From an uncultured archaeon (GTDB taxonomy: Archaea > Asgardarchaeota > Lokiarchaeia > Sigyniarchaeales > SOKP01), in assembly GCA_964493715.1 (NCBI GenBank), contig CAZBPC010000025.1, positions 1-35,745 of the forward strand: a DNA stretch of 35,745 nt. The letters are read 5' to 3'. Shown here piece after piece: positions 18,332 through 28,575 of the stretch. Within the stretch, counting starts at the first letter, position 1, and each line of letters begins with the position of its first letter. The position numbers and the translations under genes were made by a program. The notes under the pieces were generated by a model. The model was given only the letters and a program-made list of their open reading frames with translations, was not told the origin of the DNA and ran no database searches.

Positions 18332-19939
18332 ATATCAATTCCTGCATCTATCAGAGAAGGACCTCGAACGACCAATACCTTAGCAAAAAAAAGATATATT
18401 ATATATTACATTGCCATAATGGTCCTTGGAGCGCAACCTGCGTTATTTTGGATGTGGTATAGCTGGCAATTATTTCCTGTCAAAAATTTGTTATTTTATT
18501 CTCTATTTCCCTTATTATTTTTCATTGACATTATTTTCTTAATTCTAGGTTCCTCTATAGTTGCTAAAATATTTCTTATTTTTGCTAATTTATTTCATAA
18601 ACCTCAAGAGGGAGTCTATGAAATTTCAAAGCATGATAAAGATTATTCTTCATGGAGTTTAAGAGCAGTTATTAGAAAATGGCCTCTATGGTTAACACGG
18701 CAATTATCTTTACCAAGTCTTGAAAAATTAGTTACTAAATTTTTAGGAGTAAAATTATCCTATTCAAGTTCAATCCATGAAGCCTGGATAGATAGTGAGT
18801 TTGTTGAAATAGGCAAAAATGTAAAACTTGGCCAAGGATGTATAATTTCCAGTAATTTATTGGTAAAAAACAAGTTAATAATTAAAAAGGTAGTAATTGG
18901 CGATAATGTGATCATTGGTGCTCATTGCGTTATAGCTGCTGGGACTGTTATTGCCCCTAACACTGTATTACATTCAAATACAATGACAATAATTAATCAA
19001 CAACTTAAAACGAACTCATTATATCAAGGAGCTCCAGCAAATTCTCTTGGAAATAATAACTTGATACATGATAAAAACTTAATTGAAAAACAAATTTTTA
19101 AACCGGATAAAAAATATTCTGAAGAAGATTTGCGAACTCATGGAAAAGAACTTTCAGTTCCTTTCTATTTTTACATAGTTAGTGGATTTATTATCGTTGG
19201 AGTTTCATTTGTTTTACCCGGGATATTATTTTTTCTAACGTTTTATGGACTCTTAATTCCAACCATTTTCAACAACCCACTTACAATGACTCTAATTAGT
19301 GAATCGAATTTTTACGCAGTAATGTTACTGATTCCGCTCATCTTCATCGGAATTTATCTTTTACATCTATTTTGTATAATTCTGTTAACTCGTTGGTGGT
19401 ACCGACGTGCTGATGAAAGGGGGCCCTCTCAAGGAATCTTTGATAGAAACATGGAAATGGCTTCAACTAAATTAGATTATTATCATTTTGGATCGTTTCT
19501 CATGAAATATCCTATATTTGCAGTCTCTCGTTCTCCTTTTCCTTGGATACTTAATTGGGAATTAAATTTTATTGGATCAAATAAAATCGGTAAAGAAACT
19601 GTATTGGAAGAGACTTTTATTCATAGTCACGTGAATTTTGGAAAAAATTGTTATTTAGGAACTTCCTCTCACATGACGAATCACGTAGTAGATGGGGTAT
19701 ATGGAGAAGAAAATTTAACATTTGTAGGTATAGAAATAGATGACAATAGCATTTTGAATTTAGTAACTGGAGGATTACCAGGGACAGAAATAGGGAAAAA
19801 TTCCACATTTTTACCTGGAGCAACTACTATTAAATACGATAAAGTAGGTAATAACGGCGTGTATGGAGGATTTCCAGCTAAAAAGCTAAGTAAAAAGGAA
19901 ATTTTGTACTTTTTAGGAGGTGAATATGATGGAGAATGA
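18332..19939 (+). CDS. Membrane protein with two [2TM + left-handed beta-helix hexapeptide] units, acyltransferase-like; probable ATA start upstream of the track start 18419
   Basis: Hexapeptide runs VEIGKNVKLGQGCII / VVIGDNVIIGAHCVI and VNFGKNCYLG / TEIGKNSTF, ending in YQGAPA and YGGFPA; two TM pairs; frame open back to 18326. Confidence 0.8.
   Translation: MSIPASIREGPRTTNTLAKKRYIIYYIAIMVLGAQPALFWMWYSWQLFPVKNLLFYSLFPLLFFIDIIFLILGSSIVAKIFLIFANLFHKPQEGVYEISKHDKDYSSWSLRAVIRKWPLWLTRQLSLPSLEKLVTKFLGVKLSYSSSIHEAWIDSEFVEIGKNVKLGQGCIISSNLLVKNKLIIKKVVIGDNVIIGAHCVIAAGTVIAPNTVLHSNTMTIINQQLKTNSLYQGAPANSLGNNNLIHDKNLIEKQIFKPDKKYSEEDLRTHGKELSVPFYFYIVSGFIIVGVSFVLPGILFFLTFYGLLIPTIFNNPLTMTLISESNFYAVMLLIPLIFIGIYLLHLFCIILLTRWWYRRADERGPSQGIFDRNMEMASTKLDYYHFGSFLMKYPIFAVSRSPFPWILNWELNFIGSNKIGKETVLEETFIHSHVNFGKNCYLGTSSHMTNHVVDGVYGEENLTFVGIEIDDNSILNLVTGGLPGTEIGKNSTFLPGATTIKYDKVGNNGVYGGFPAKKLSKKEILYFLGGEYDGE
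19916..19923 (+). promoter_or_regulatory. Strong Shine-Dalgarno site inside the upstream gene (translational coupling)
   Basis: GGAGGTGA 5 nt before ATG 19929, which overlaps the 3' end of the upstream CDS (stop 19939). Confidence 0.65.
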
Positions 19940-20813
19940 TGAACCAATCGAAAGTAAGCTTGAAACATTAGATATAACTCAATTCCCTATTACAACAAGT
20001 GCCTTTACGTGGTTTCCAATGGGATCTGTGATTTACATTATCTTAAATATTCTTTCATTAATGATGCCCTCAGTAATGATTCTTACATTCTTTGAAGTTG
20101 CTATGAATTCAAGTTTCTTCCATTGGAGAGTTTATACCATTTTTGTTGATATATTCCTATGGTGGGGGAGTTATATTTTATGTACTTTATTTTTAAGTAA
20201 ACTATTCTTAATTTTGCTGAAATTAATTCATGTTCCTAAAGAGGGATTATTTAAATTAGATAAATCTGATAAGGATTATTATTATTATTGCTTGAGAGTA
20301 GTTGTTAAGAAATTTATTTTTTGGACATGGAATAATTTCTGTTTCCCTTGGGCAACTAATGCTGCTTTTAAATGGTGTGATATGAGAGCTGATTTTAAAA
20401 GTACCATGTTTGATGGTTGGTCAGATGTAGAATTTATTGATTTTGGAAATAACATGATGATCGGTCAGGGGGCCGTAATCTTATCGAGTATAATTATAAG
20501 AATTGATAATGAAGATTATTTTTTGATCAAGAAAGTTATAGTAGGTGATCATGTTGTTCTAGGCGGTCATGCCATCGTAGCACCGGGAACAGTCATAGGA
20601 AAAGGTACGACTCTTGGAATTTGGAGTATAACTCAAATTGGACAAGTTTTGGAACCCGATTACATCTATATTGGTCAACCTGCGAGAAAATATCAACCTT
20701 CCCAAAAATTTATTGAGTATGGCAGGAAATTAAAGGTACGAAGGTTGGTTGATTCAGAAGAAAAAGTGCCATATGATATCAGTACATTCACCGCCGATAA
20801 TATTGACGATTAA
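19929..20813 (+). CDS. Membrane protein with one [2TM + left-handed beta-helix] unit, paralogue of the upstream gene
   Basis: HVPKEGLFKLDKSDKDY resembles HKPQEGVYEISKHDKDY upstream; IDFGNNMMIGQGAVI, VIVGDHVVLGGHAIVAPGTVIG, YIGQPA. The track start at GTG 19920 lies within the SD site. Confidence 0.82.
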   Translation: MENDEPIESKLETLDITQFPITTSAFTWFPMGSVIYIILNILSLMMPSVMILTFFEVAMNSSFFHWRVYTIFVDIFLWWGSYILCTLFLSKLFLILLKLIHVPKEGLFKLDKSDKDYYYYCLRVVVKKFIFWTWNNFCFPWATNAAFKWCDMRADFKSTMFDGWSDVEFIDFGNNMMIGQGAVILSSIIIRIDNEDYFLIKKVIVGDHVVLGGHAIVAPGTVIGKGTTLGIWSITQIGQVLEPDYIYIGQPARKYQPSQKFIEYGRKLKVRRLVDSEEKVPYDISTFTADNIDD

Positions 20814-20821
20814 TGAGATCG

Positions 20822-21529
20822 TTAATTTTTATCTATTTTTTTTATCTTTTTTTTAACTCGTATTAAATATATGGAACTTGTCAAAACTCCAAAAAATAGA
20901 AAATAATTCCCCATTGGGATAATAATAATTAACTTATCCTCATTTAATTCCCATTTATATACTGTAGACCCATTAGTAATAGATTCTATTATTGTTGAGA
21001 TACCTTGCGAGTTCAATGTTATCTCTACAGTTGATAGATTCCCATAATCTAAAATTAATTTATTATTATCAATCGAATAATTTAAAAATCCCGCTGATTT
21101 AATAGCATTCCCAACTAAAGGTAAATTTATAGGAATTGGAACTAAATATATGTTAGCTCCTCGATAACTCATGCTTGACCAATTTAGAAAATTTAAGGTG
21201 TTATTGTATGCCATGTAAAACAAATTATCTTGATACCTAATCCAAGATCCCCCAATAATATTATATTCTTCAATAGAATAGTTAACAATCAAGGATGGAG
21301 TACCCTCAAAAGTTTCGTTATAAACAGAATCAACAATAAATTTGGTTAGATCTCCAATATTATGATTATCTCCAGTTGAATTTACGCAACGCCAGATATA
21401 ATAATCTCCATTTTCAGATGGAAACGTTGAATCTCCAAGAGTAGTATTTCCAATAGCGTAGGGAGATGTTAATATAAAGAATATTAACAAATTAATTGTG
21501 ATTATTAATGCCTTATAGCTAGTCTTCAT
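20822..21529 (-). CDS. Secreted, C-terminally anchored glycoprotein-like hypothetical protein
   Basis: Signal peptide; many N-x-S/T sequons; C-terminal IPMGNY-hydrophobic-KKKIKK anchor. Confidence 0.7.
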   Translation of the reverse strand: MKTSYKALIITINLLIFFILTSPYAIGNTTLGDSTFPSENGDYYIWRCVNSTGDNHNIGDLTKFIVDSVYNETFEGTPSLIVNYSIEEYNIIGGSWIRYQDNLFYMAYNNTLNFLNWSSMSYRGANIYLVPIPINLPLVGNAIKSAGFLNYSIDNNKLILDYGNLSTVEITLNSQGISTIIESITNGSTVYKWELNEDKLIIIIPMGNYFLFFGVLTSSIYLIRVKKKIKKIDKN

Positions 21530-21708
21530 TGTATTCGGTTATTTTTTTAATCTAGGAGTTAATAATAATATTAAGCCATTTAATAATATAATTTTCATCA
21601 ATTTAAGTTTAAATGATTGGGAATTCTTTTGTCAAAAAAAGGAATAGATTTAAAATATTCAAGGTATAATTCTATTTTAATTAAAATTCTATAACAAATG
21701 AAAATATT

Positions 21709-23118
21709 ATGGAAAATTTAATACAACCAGCCAAGTTTTCAACAAGACAAAGAATTAACTGGGCCTCTGCAAGTTTCGGAGGATCGCTAATTAGTGGAAT
21801 ATATGGCGCACTTCTCCCAATATTCTATATTGATTATCTTGGATTAGTAGAAAATGCAAATGTAATCTACATGATTCAAATCATATATCTCTTTGTTAAC
21901 GCTTTAAATGATCCCATATTCGGTTTTATCTCAGATAAAACTCGTGCTAAGAAGGGAAGAAGAATTCCATATATGCGTTATACTGCACCATTTTTAGCTT
22001 TGACATTTATCTTAATATGGTTTTCGCCTACTCAAAGTAGTGGTGATTGGGCTATATTTTGGTGGATGGTAATCATGACATGTCTCTATGATACGGCGTA
22101 TACAATAATATTCTTAGTATATTCTGCTTTATTGCCTGAAATCACGGAAAATGAAGATGAACGACAAGGTATGAAAATAATGGCATCATTCTTTAATTTA
22201 ATTGGGATGATTCTTGGATTTATAATACCAGATCTCTTTAGAAATCAATCCGCTTTCTTGTTACAGATGAGCATGATTGGAGTTGGAATTATTGGGGGTG
22301 CTCTTATAATGTATACAACATATAAGTTTAAGGAAAGACCAGAGTTCACGAAAGTAGATGAACCATTAGGATTAGTAGCAGCAATTAAAGCTACGCTCAA
22401 AAGAAAATCTTTCTTGGTTTTGGTAAGTGCTAATTTTATGGCTATCTTGATTCAATCATTAATTATAGGCTCGCTTTTCTATATTGCCGATTATATTACT
22501 CAAAGTTCGACAATACTGCTCCTCATAGCCATTTTCTTGCCCTTGATAATTGGGATATGGATTGTTCCAAAATTTACCAAGAAATGGGGTGTGGCGCGTG
22601 CAAATCAGTATTTACTCGCAATAGGAGGAATGGGACTTTTATTGCTATTCTTTTTCACTGATCCTATTTTCCCAACAGAATTAATATATCTACCCTTAGT
22701 AATAGCAGGGTTTGGATTTGTTGGACCATTAGTACTTAACGATATCATGTTTTTTCAAGTGACAGATGAAGACGAATTGGACACTGGAGTTAGAAGAGAA
22801 GCTGCTTTTTTTGGAATAAATGCGTTAATAACGAAACCAGCCCAGAGTCTAGCGATTGTAATCCCAACAGCATTATTAGCTATATCTAGTTTTATCCCAC
22901 GAGATGAATTTGGTCTTCCTGTATTACCCCAACCTGCTGCGGCAATTTTAGCTATTAGACTTTTTATAGGTCTCATACCAGGTATCGCCTTAATACTTGC
23001 AGCAATTATTCTTCAATTCTATCCACTAAAAGGAGAACATTGGGCAACGATGCAACAAAAGATATTGATATTGCATGATGAAAAACATAAAAAGCTCCAA
23101 GAAATGACACGTGAATAA
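21709..23118 (+). CDS. MFS transporter, GPH (MelB/glycoside-pentoside-hexuronide:cation symporter) family
   Basis: NALNDPIFGFISD, GRRIPY, YSALLPEIT, DEDELDTGVRREAAFFG; about 12 TM helices. Confidence 0.92.
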   Translation: MENLIQPAKFSTRQRINWASASFGGSLISGIYGALLPIFYIDYLGLVENANVIYMIQIIYLFVNALNDPIFGFISDKTRAKKGRRIPYMRYTAPFLALTFILIWFSPTQSSGDWAIFWWMVIMTCLYDTAYTIIFLVYSALLPEITENEDERQGMKIMASFFNLIGMILGFIIPDLFRNQSAFLLQMSMIGVGIIGGALIMYTTYKFKERPEFTKVDEPLGLVAAIKATLKRKSFLVLVSANFMAILIQSLIIGSLFYIADYITQSSTILLLIAIFLPLIIGIWIVPKFTKKWGVARANQYLLAIGGMGLLLLFFFTDPIFPTELIYLPLVIAGFGFVGPLVLNDIMFFQVTDEDELDTGVRREAAFFGINALITKPAQSLAIVIPTALLAISSFIPRDEFGLPVLPQPAAAILAIRLFIGLIPGIALILAAIILQFYPLKGEHWATMQQKILILHDEKHKKLQEMTRE

Positions 23119-23245
23119 AATTTTTCATCTTTTTTTTATTTATTTTCTATTATCTTATAAACTTTAATAAATTGTAGAGCAAAATTATATAATTTTCCGA
23201 TACTTATCTTTTCTTAATTACCAACAAAAAAAAGTTAGATTTAAT

Positions 23246-23992
23246 ATGATAAAATTAGTCCTTTTACGACATGGAGAGAGCATCTGGAACAAGGAAAATA
23301 GGTTTACCGGTTGGACAGATGTTGGATTAAGTCTTAAAGGAATTGAAGAGGCAAAAAAAGCAGCGCAAGAACTTAAAAAGGGAGGGTTTACTTTTGATCT
23401 CGCGTATACATCAGTCCTTAAGCGTGGGATTCACACTCTATGGATAGTATTAGAAGAGATGGATTTAATGTGGATCCCCATACATAATTCTTGGCGTTTA
23501 AACGAAAGGCATTATGGAGCATTGCAAGGACTATATAAAACGAAGATAGCTAAACAATTTGGTGAAGAACAAGTCCATATATGGCGTAGAAGTTATGATG
23601 TACCACCTCCACCACTTAAAACTACTGATCCTCGATATCCTGGTAATGAACCTAAATATGCTGACTTAAAAATTAACGAGATTCCATTAACAGAATGTTT
23701 AAAAGATACTGTAAATAGATTCCTGCCATACTGGTCTGAGGTGATTTCTCCAGAGGTGAAAAAGGGTAAAAAAATTTTAATTTCTGCTCATGGAAATAGT
23801 TTGCGAGCCTTAGTTAAAATAATAGATGATGTCCCTGAAAATGAAATTATAGATTTGAATATACCAACAGGAATACCGTTAATATATGAATTTAATGATG
23901 ATCTAACACCAATTCGCAATTATTATTTAGGAGATCCAGAAGAAATAGAAAAAGCTGTCAAACTTGTAGCCGATCAAGGTAAAGCAATCTAA
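23246..23992 (+). CDS. gpmA: 2,3-bisphosphoglycerate-dependent phosphoglycerate mutase
   Basis: [49 protein letters not shown]. Confidence 0.97.
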   Translation: MIKLVLLRHGESIWNKENRFTGWTDVGLSLKGIEEAKKAAQELKKGGFTFDLAYTSVLKRGIHTLWIVLEEMDLMWIPIHNSWRLNERHYGALQGLYKTKIAKQFGEEQVHIWRRSYDVPPPPLKTTDPRYPGNEPKYADLKINEIPLTECLKDTVNRFLPYWSEVISPEVKKGKKILISAHGNSLRALVKIIDDVPENEIIDLNIPTGIPLIYEFNDDLTPIRNYYLGDPEEIEKAVKLVADQGKAI

Positions 23993-24056
23993 GATTTAGA
24001 TTTATACTAATCTAAAATTTACATATTTATTTTAATATACTGTGATAACTTAACAT

Positions 24057-24845
24057 ATGGGAAAAAACTTAATTATTGATAATCAAGCAGTTTCAAATAT
24101 AGTTTTTTATCCAAGAAAAACCTCAATTCCAACTAATTTAGCACCAAATATTCATAAACTTCAATTTAAAATCTCCCAAAGAATCTTGATCGGGGGATTA
24201 TTTTTTCAGAAAGAAGAAAATCTCCCTACTATTCTTTTATTTCATGGAAATGGTGAAATTGCTACAGATTACCTTCTTTTCGCACGAATGTTCTTTGAAT
24301 GTGGCGTCAATTTGGCAGTTATGGATTTTCGTGGTTATGGATTTAGTACTGGAGAGCCCTACTACACAAGTCTAATTTCAGATGCAATGCCAATCTATTT
24401 TGGTTTGAAAAAATGGATGGACTCAAGGGAATTAAACGATTCAATTTTCGTTTTGGGAAGATCTTTAGGGAGTGTGTGTGCAAGTGAAATCGGAGCCAAT
24501 AACCCTAATGAGCTCAAAGGAATCATTTTTGAGAGTGGATTTGCTAGTGTATATAATATAATGACTCAATTATTCCGTGTTAAAAGTTCTCAAATGACAC
24601 CATCATCCCTCGATAAATATTCTAATGATTTTCGTGCAAGAAAATTGAAGAAACCTGTCTTAATAATTCATGGATCTTCCGATATGATAATTCCCCATTC
24701 GGAAGCAAACTTGTTATATAAAAACATACCTGAAAATGTGGAAAAAAAATTGGTTATTATTGAAGGAGCAGGTCATAATGATATTATTAATTATAGGGTA
24801 GAATATTTCTCAGCATTGGAAGAGTTTATTACTAAAAATAAATAA
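24057..24845 (+). CDS. Alpha/beta hydrolase, BEM46/ABHD13-17-like
   Basis: FHGNGE, DFRGYGFSTG, nucleophile GRSLG, HGSSD, GAGHND. Confidence 0.9.
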   Translation: MGKNLIIDNQAVSNIVFYPRKTSIPTNLAPNIHKLQFKISQRILIGGLFFQKEENLPTILLFHGNGEIATDYLLFARMFFECGVNLAVMDFRGYGFSTGEPYYTSLISDAMPIYFGLKKWMDSRELNDSIFVLGRSLGSVCASEIGANNPNELKGIIFESGFASVYNIMTQLFRVKSSQMTPSSLDKYSNDFRARKLKKPVLIIHGSSDMIIPHSEANLLYKNIPENVEKKLVIIEGAGHNDIINYRVEYFSALEEFITKNK

Positions 24846-24865
24846 TTTAAAAAATAATTCATATT

Positions 24866-25690
24866 TTACTTTTTTTTTAATTTTATAAAAGGCATTTCTG
24901 AATAGGGTTTGCGAGAAAGCTTTTCGGGACCCGCATAAACTAAGACAGCTATTAAATATGCTCCGATCATAATACCTCCACCGATATAAAATACCATCGT
25001 AGGTAATAATCCAAATAATCCTGTAATAAATGCTCCGTTAAAGTTAAAGCTAAAATGGAAGATTATCGTGATTATTAAACTTCCTTTTGTATTGTTGTAT
25101 CCCCAAGTCATTAATATCGAAATTACTAACACAAGGAATATAAAAATGTAGAATGGAATCCGATCTTCAACAAAGTATAATGGAATGTGCCAACATGCCC
25201 ATATGAGTCCCAGAATTAAGCTTGAAGAAACTGCATTGAATTTAGACTGAAGCTTTGGTAAAGCAAATCCACGCCAACCTGTTTCTTCACTTAGAGGACC
25301 CGATACCAAAGTAAAAAGTAAATTAGAAAAAATTAATGGTATTGTTATTTCTTGTATAGGTCCTGGCACTGAACCTCCAAATAGAATGTAAAATCCAGTA
25401 AAAATGAGGGGACCAACCATGAGAAAAAAACTAGCAAGATACCATTTAATTCCAACTTTCCACCTTAAAAACCCACGTAATAGCTTTTTAATCTCTAACC
25501 AACCTCCTATTATTCCGGATACTATAATAGCAGAAAATGTAGGACTCCAAACAGTCAAAATCCAAAAAAGAATCATTGGTATAAATTGAGGAAAGATGAT
25601 TTTAATAATAACAGGGATAATCATTAACGCATATGAAATTAAGAAAAAGATCGTAAGAGAGTATTTCTTGATAATTTGATTTAGTTTCAT
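24866..25690 (-). CDS. CPBP-family (Abi/type II CAAX) intramembrane glutamic endopeptidase
   Basis: EETGWRG, WACWH, YNNTKGS, HFSFN motifs; multiple TM helices. Confidence 0.92.
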   Translation of the reverse strand: MKLNQIIKKYSLTIFFLISYALMIIPVIIKIIFPQFIPMILFWILTVWSPTFSAIIVSGIIGGWLEIKKLLRGFLRWKVGIKWYLASFFLMVGPLIFTGFYILFGGSVPGPIQEITIPLIFSNLLFTLVSGPLSEETGWRGFALPKLQSKFNAVSSSLILGLIWACWHIPLYFVEDRIPFYIFIFLVLVISILMTWGYNNTKGSLIITIIFHFSFNFNGAFITGLFGLLPTMVFYIGGGIMIGAYLIAVLVYAGPEKLSRKPYSEMPFIKLKKK

Positions 25691-25812
25691 AATTAATTTT
25701 AGCTTGATAATTATATAAAAAATTAATTTTTTACAAATAAATTTAAAAAATTTTGAATAAATAGTAAAATATAAAGTATCGAAATTCTTTTTTTGGAGAT
25801 TGAAAGAGAAAA

Positions 25813-27450
25813 ATGAAGGTTAAAGTACTTTCTAGTAAGAAAATATTAATTTCTATAATATTTGCGTGCATTATCGTGAGCTTAACTATTTTGATTTATT
25901 TTCTTGTGCTTCCGGGAGATATTAATCAAAATATTGAACCAACTTTCAAGGGAGGGACGATTACTCAAGATGAAACGTGGTCAGGCAGTATATTTGTAAA
26001 TGAAAGCATTTTAGTTCCAAAAGGAGTTACATTAACTATTCTACCAGGAACCCAAATTAATTTCAAACCGTGTCGAGATTATAAATCGCTTCAATACATA
26101 GGATTTGCAATAGTTGAGGGCACGATAATAGCGAATGGAACATCAACGGGACAAATATGGTTTACTTCTGATACCGAAAATCCAATAAATGGCGATTGGG
26201 GGGGAATAGAATTGTACAGAACAAATAATTCAATTTTTAACTATGTTATAGTGGAATATGCCAATATGGGAATTGCTCAATTTGATTCAAACGCAAGCAT
26301 CAGTCATTCAATTGTTAGATGGGTAAATAGTGAAGGAATCTACATGGAAAGATCAGCCCCAATTATTGAATATAACTTACTTTATCAAAATGGATATCAT
26401 GAAATAGCTCTTGAGCAATATAATTATGATGTAAAAATCAGGAATAACATTTTTGCTGGGGGGCATGTACCTTTCATTACTTTTGACTCAAACGTGACAC
26501 TCGAAGGTAATTATTTTTATAATTATAATAATACCGATTTATCAGCAGTTCAAGTGGCAGGTTATTCAAATGCAATCGTCATTGGAAATAAATTCGAGGG
26601 TTTTGATAATAACACTGCAATAAAATTATTACAAAATTCCAGTACTCTTACTAGTAGCAACAATGACTTCGGTGAAGATTTTATTTCTATACCCTATCTT
26701 GATTATGAAGATATCACACATTCTAAATTAGGATATATTCCAGGAGATCCTGAAGATAAATTCCTCTATGTTTACTCACCAGTTGATGAAACCCGAAGTG
26801 TTGTGAGGAGAATAGGGGCTGGATTAGGATTTGGTTGGGCCTTAGAATATGCTAATGGTTTTATTTGGAAACTCGAAACGGGAAAATTGTTAAAAATAAA
26901 TCCAATAAATTCTAGCTATACTGAATACCCAGTTAATGCTTCCCAAATATTTGGACCAAGAGGACTTTGTTATGACGGAGAATTTTTTTGGACCCAAGAT
27001 CATTCTCTTTTAAAAATTGTCAAGTTTAAAGTGAATGAAACGGGTGTAACTGTTCTTGACTCTTTTCCCATTCCAGAAAATCAAACTGGTGGTCGACAAG
27101 GTTTAGCAACTGATGGTACCTATCTTTATCTTTCTAATAGAGGTGGGAACAAATTATTCGAATTAAACAAAAATGGAACCATACATGGAACGATAGACTT
27201 AATTGGGATTGATTTATATAGCCCTTTCACGTGGAATGGAACTCATTTTTGGTCAAGTGCTGGAAACAAGCTTGCCGCTTGGACAAAAGAGGGTATTATA
27301 GTAGGTAGTGTATATGATGTTGCAGGAGGATGTGTTGGATTGTCTTGGGATGGAAACTATATATGGGGAATTTATAGAACTTGCGAAACTTGGAATGATT
27401 CCAAGATTTTTCAAATTGAAATCCTGAATGATTCGTTTATTAATTCTTAA
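25813..27450 (+). CDS. N-terminally anchored extracellular protein: right-handed beta-helix plus C-terminal beta-propeller
   Basis: N-terminal TM; GVTLTILPGT and WGGI beta-helix cap motifs; C-terminal GLxxDGxxxW repeats (GLCYDGEFFW, GLATDGTYLY, FTWNGTHFW, GLSWDGNYIW). Confidence 0.8.
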   Translation: MKVKVLSSKKILISIIFACIIVSLTILIYFLVLPGDINQNIEPTFKGGTITQDETWSGSIFVNESILVPKGVTLTILPGTQINFKPCRDYKSLQYIGFAIVEGTIIANGTSTGQIWFTSDTENPINGDWGGIELYRTNNSIFNYVIVEYANMGIAQFDSNASISHSIVRWVNSEGIYMERSAPIIEYNLLYQNGYHEIALEQYNYDVKIRNNIFAGGHVPFITFDSNVTLEGNYFYNYNNTDLSAVQVAGYSNAIVIGNKFEGFDNNTAIKLLQNSSTLTSSNNDFGEDFISIPYLDYEDITHSKLGYIPGDPEDKFLYVYSPVDETRSVVRRIGAGLGFGWALEYANGFIWKLETGKLLKINPINSSYTEYPVNASQIFGPRGLCYDGEFFWTQDHSLLKIVKFKVNETGVTVLDSFPIPENQTGGRQGLATDGTYLYLSNRGGNKLFELNKNGTIHGTIDLIGIDLYSPFTWNGTHFWSSAGNKLAAWTKEGIIVGSVYDVAGGCVGLSWDGNYIWGIYRTCETWNDSKIFQIEILNDSFINS

Positions 27451-27499
27451 ATTCTCTTAATTTCAATACATAGTCCTATATATATAAAAAATACAAGAA

Positions 27500-28390
27500 C
27501 TATAATAATTCTCCCTTTGCAACGAGAATAACCTTCCCTCCAACTGAAACATAATACTTTCCTCCTTTCTCTTCTGATCTTAATAAGAGAAGTGAAGGTC
27601 TTCCAATTTCATGGCCTTGTTCTACTTTAATATCTATTATCTTTTTACCGAAATATTCGTGATTTACTAAATACGCAGCTAATGAACCATTTCCAGAACC
27701 AGTTGCTGGATCTTCAGGAACTCCGTAATAATTCGCAAAAAACCGGACATGTAAATCATTTTTTTTATCAATCGGTTCGGGGCAAAATATTAAAATTGTT
27801 TTAGCTTGGATTTTATTAACTAATTCGTAATACTTATCTTCACTAATCTTTGCTTTTTTCACAGCAGCTAAAGATTTGAGGGGAACTATAATTGTTGGAA
27901 CTCCAGTTGATACTTCTTGTATCTGAAACCTTCCATCAAAATCTTCCTCATTTAATCCAAGAATATTCGCTAATAGTTCTGTTGAGAAATAATTTGAAAA
28001 TACCGGTTGCTTTTGATCCATCCATACTTCACTGATTTCTTCTCCTTTATATTTGAATAAAACAGCAATTTCTCCTATTTTCATGTTTAATGATATGGTT
28101 TTTATCTTTTCTTTAATGAATTCCTTTGCAAGTATATATGCTCCTCCTAAAGTAGGATGACCTGCAAATGGTAATTCTGTTTCAGGAGTGAAAATTCTTA
28201 CTTTATAATTTTTGATGGATGTTATAAAAATGGTTTCGGAAAAATGCATCTCTTTAGCAATTAATTGCATTAAAGATTCAGGAAAATCTTCATTACAAAT
28301 TATCACAGCAAGTTGATTTCCTTCATATTTATGTTCAGCAAAAACATCTACAATGTAATAAGGAATTTTACTTATTTGGATTTCTTTCAT
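27500..28390 (-). CDS. PhzF-family isomerase/epimerase
   Basis: VDVFAE..GNQLAV, FSET, RIFTPETELPFAGHPTLG, EDPATGS, EQG..IGRPS. Confidence 0.95.
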   Translation of the reverse strand: MKEIQISKIPYYIVDVFAEHKYEGNQLAVIICNEDFPESLMQLIAKEMHFSETIFITSIKNYKVRIFTPETELPFAGHPTLGGAYILAKEFIKEKIKTISLNMKIGEIAVLFKYKGEEISEVWMDQKQPVFSNYFSTELLANILGLNEEDFDGRFQIQEVSTGVPTIIVPLKSLAAVKKAKISEDKYYELVNKIQAKTILIFCPEPIDKKNDLHVRFFANYYGVPEDPATGSGNGSLAAYLVNHEYFGKKIIDIKVEQGHEIGRPSLLLLRSEEKGGKYYVSVGGKVILVAKGELL

Positions 28391-28575
28391 GAAATATTTA
28401 CCAACGATAAATATTATTACTTAAAATTACTTGTACAAATTTAATATAGATTTAACCGATTCTATATAATAAATTTTATTAAAATTTAAATTATAAAGTT
28501 TAAAATCATTATATTTTAAAGATGAAATCAAATATCTTAAGATGTTTCAACTAAATATTTAAGCAGGGTATTATT

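Noticed and set aside
18332-20813. Annotation as dapD/dapH, lpxA/lpxD or gamma-carbonic anhydrase
   Set aside because: Those are soluble single-beta-helix proteins; these have TM pairs before each domain and lack the Zn-binding His set.
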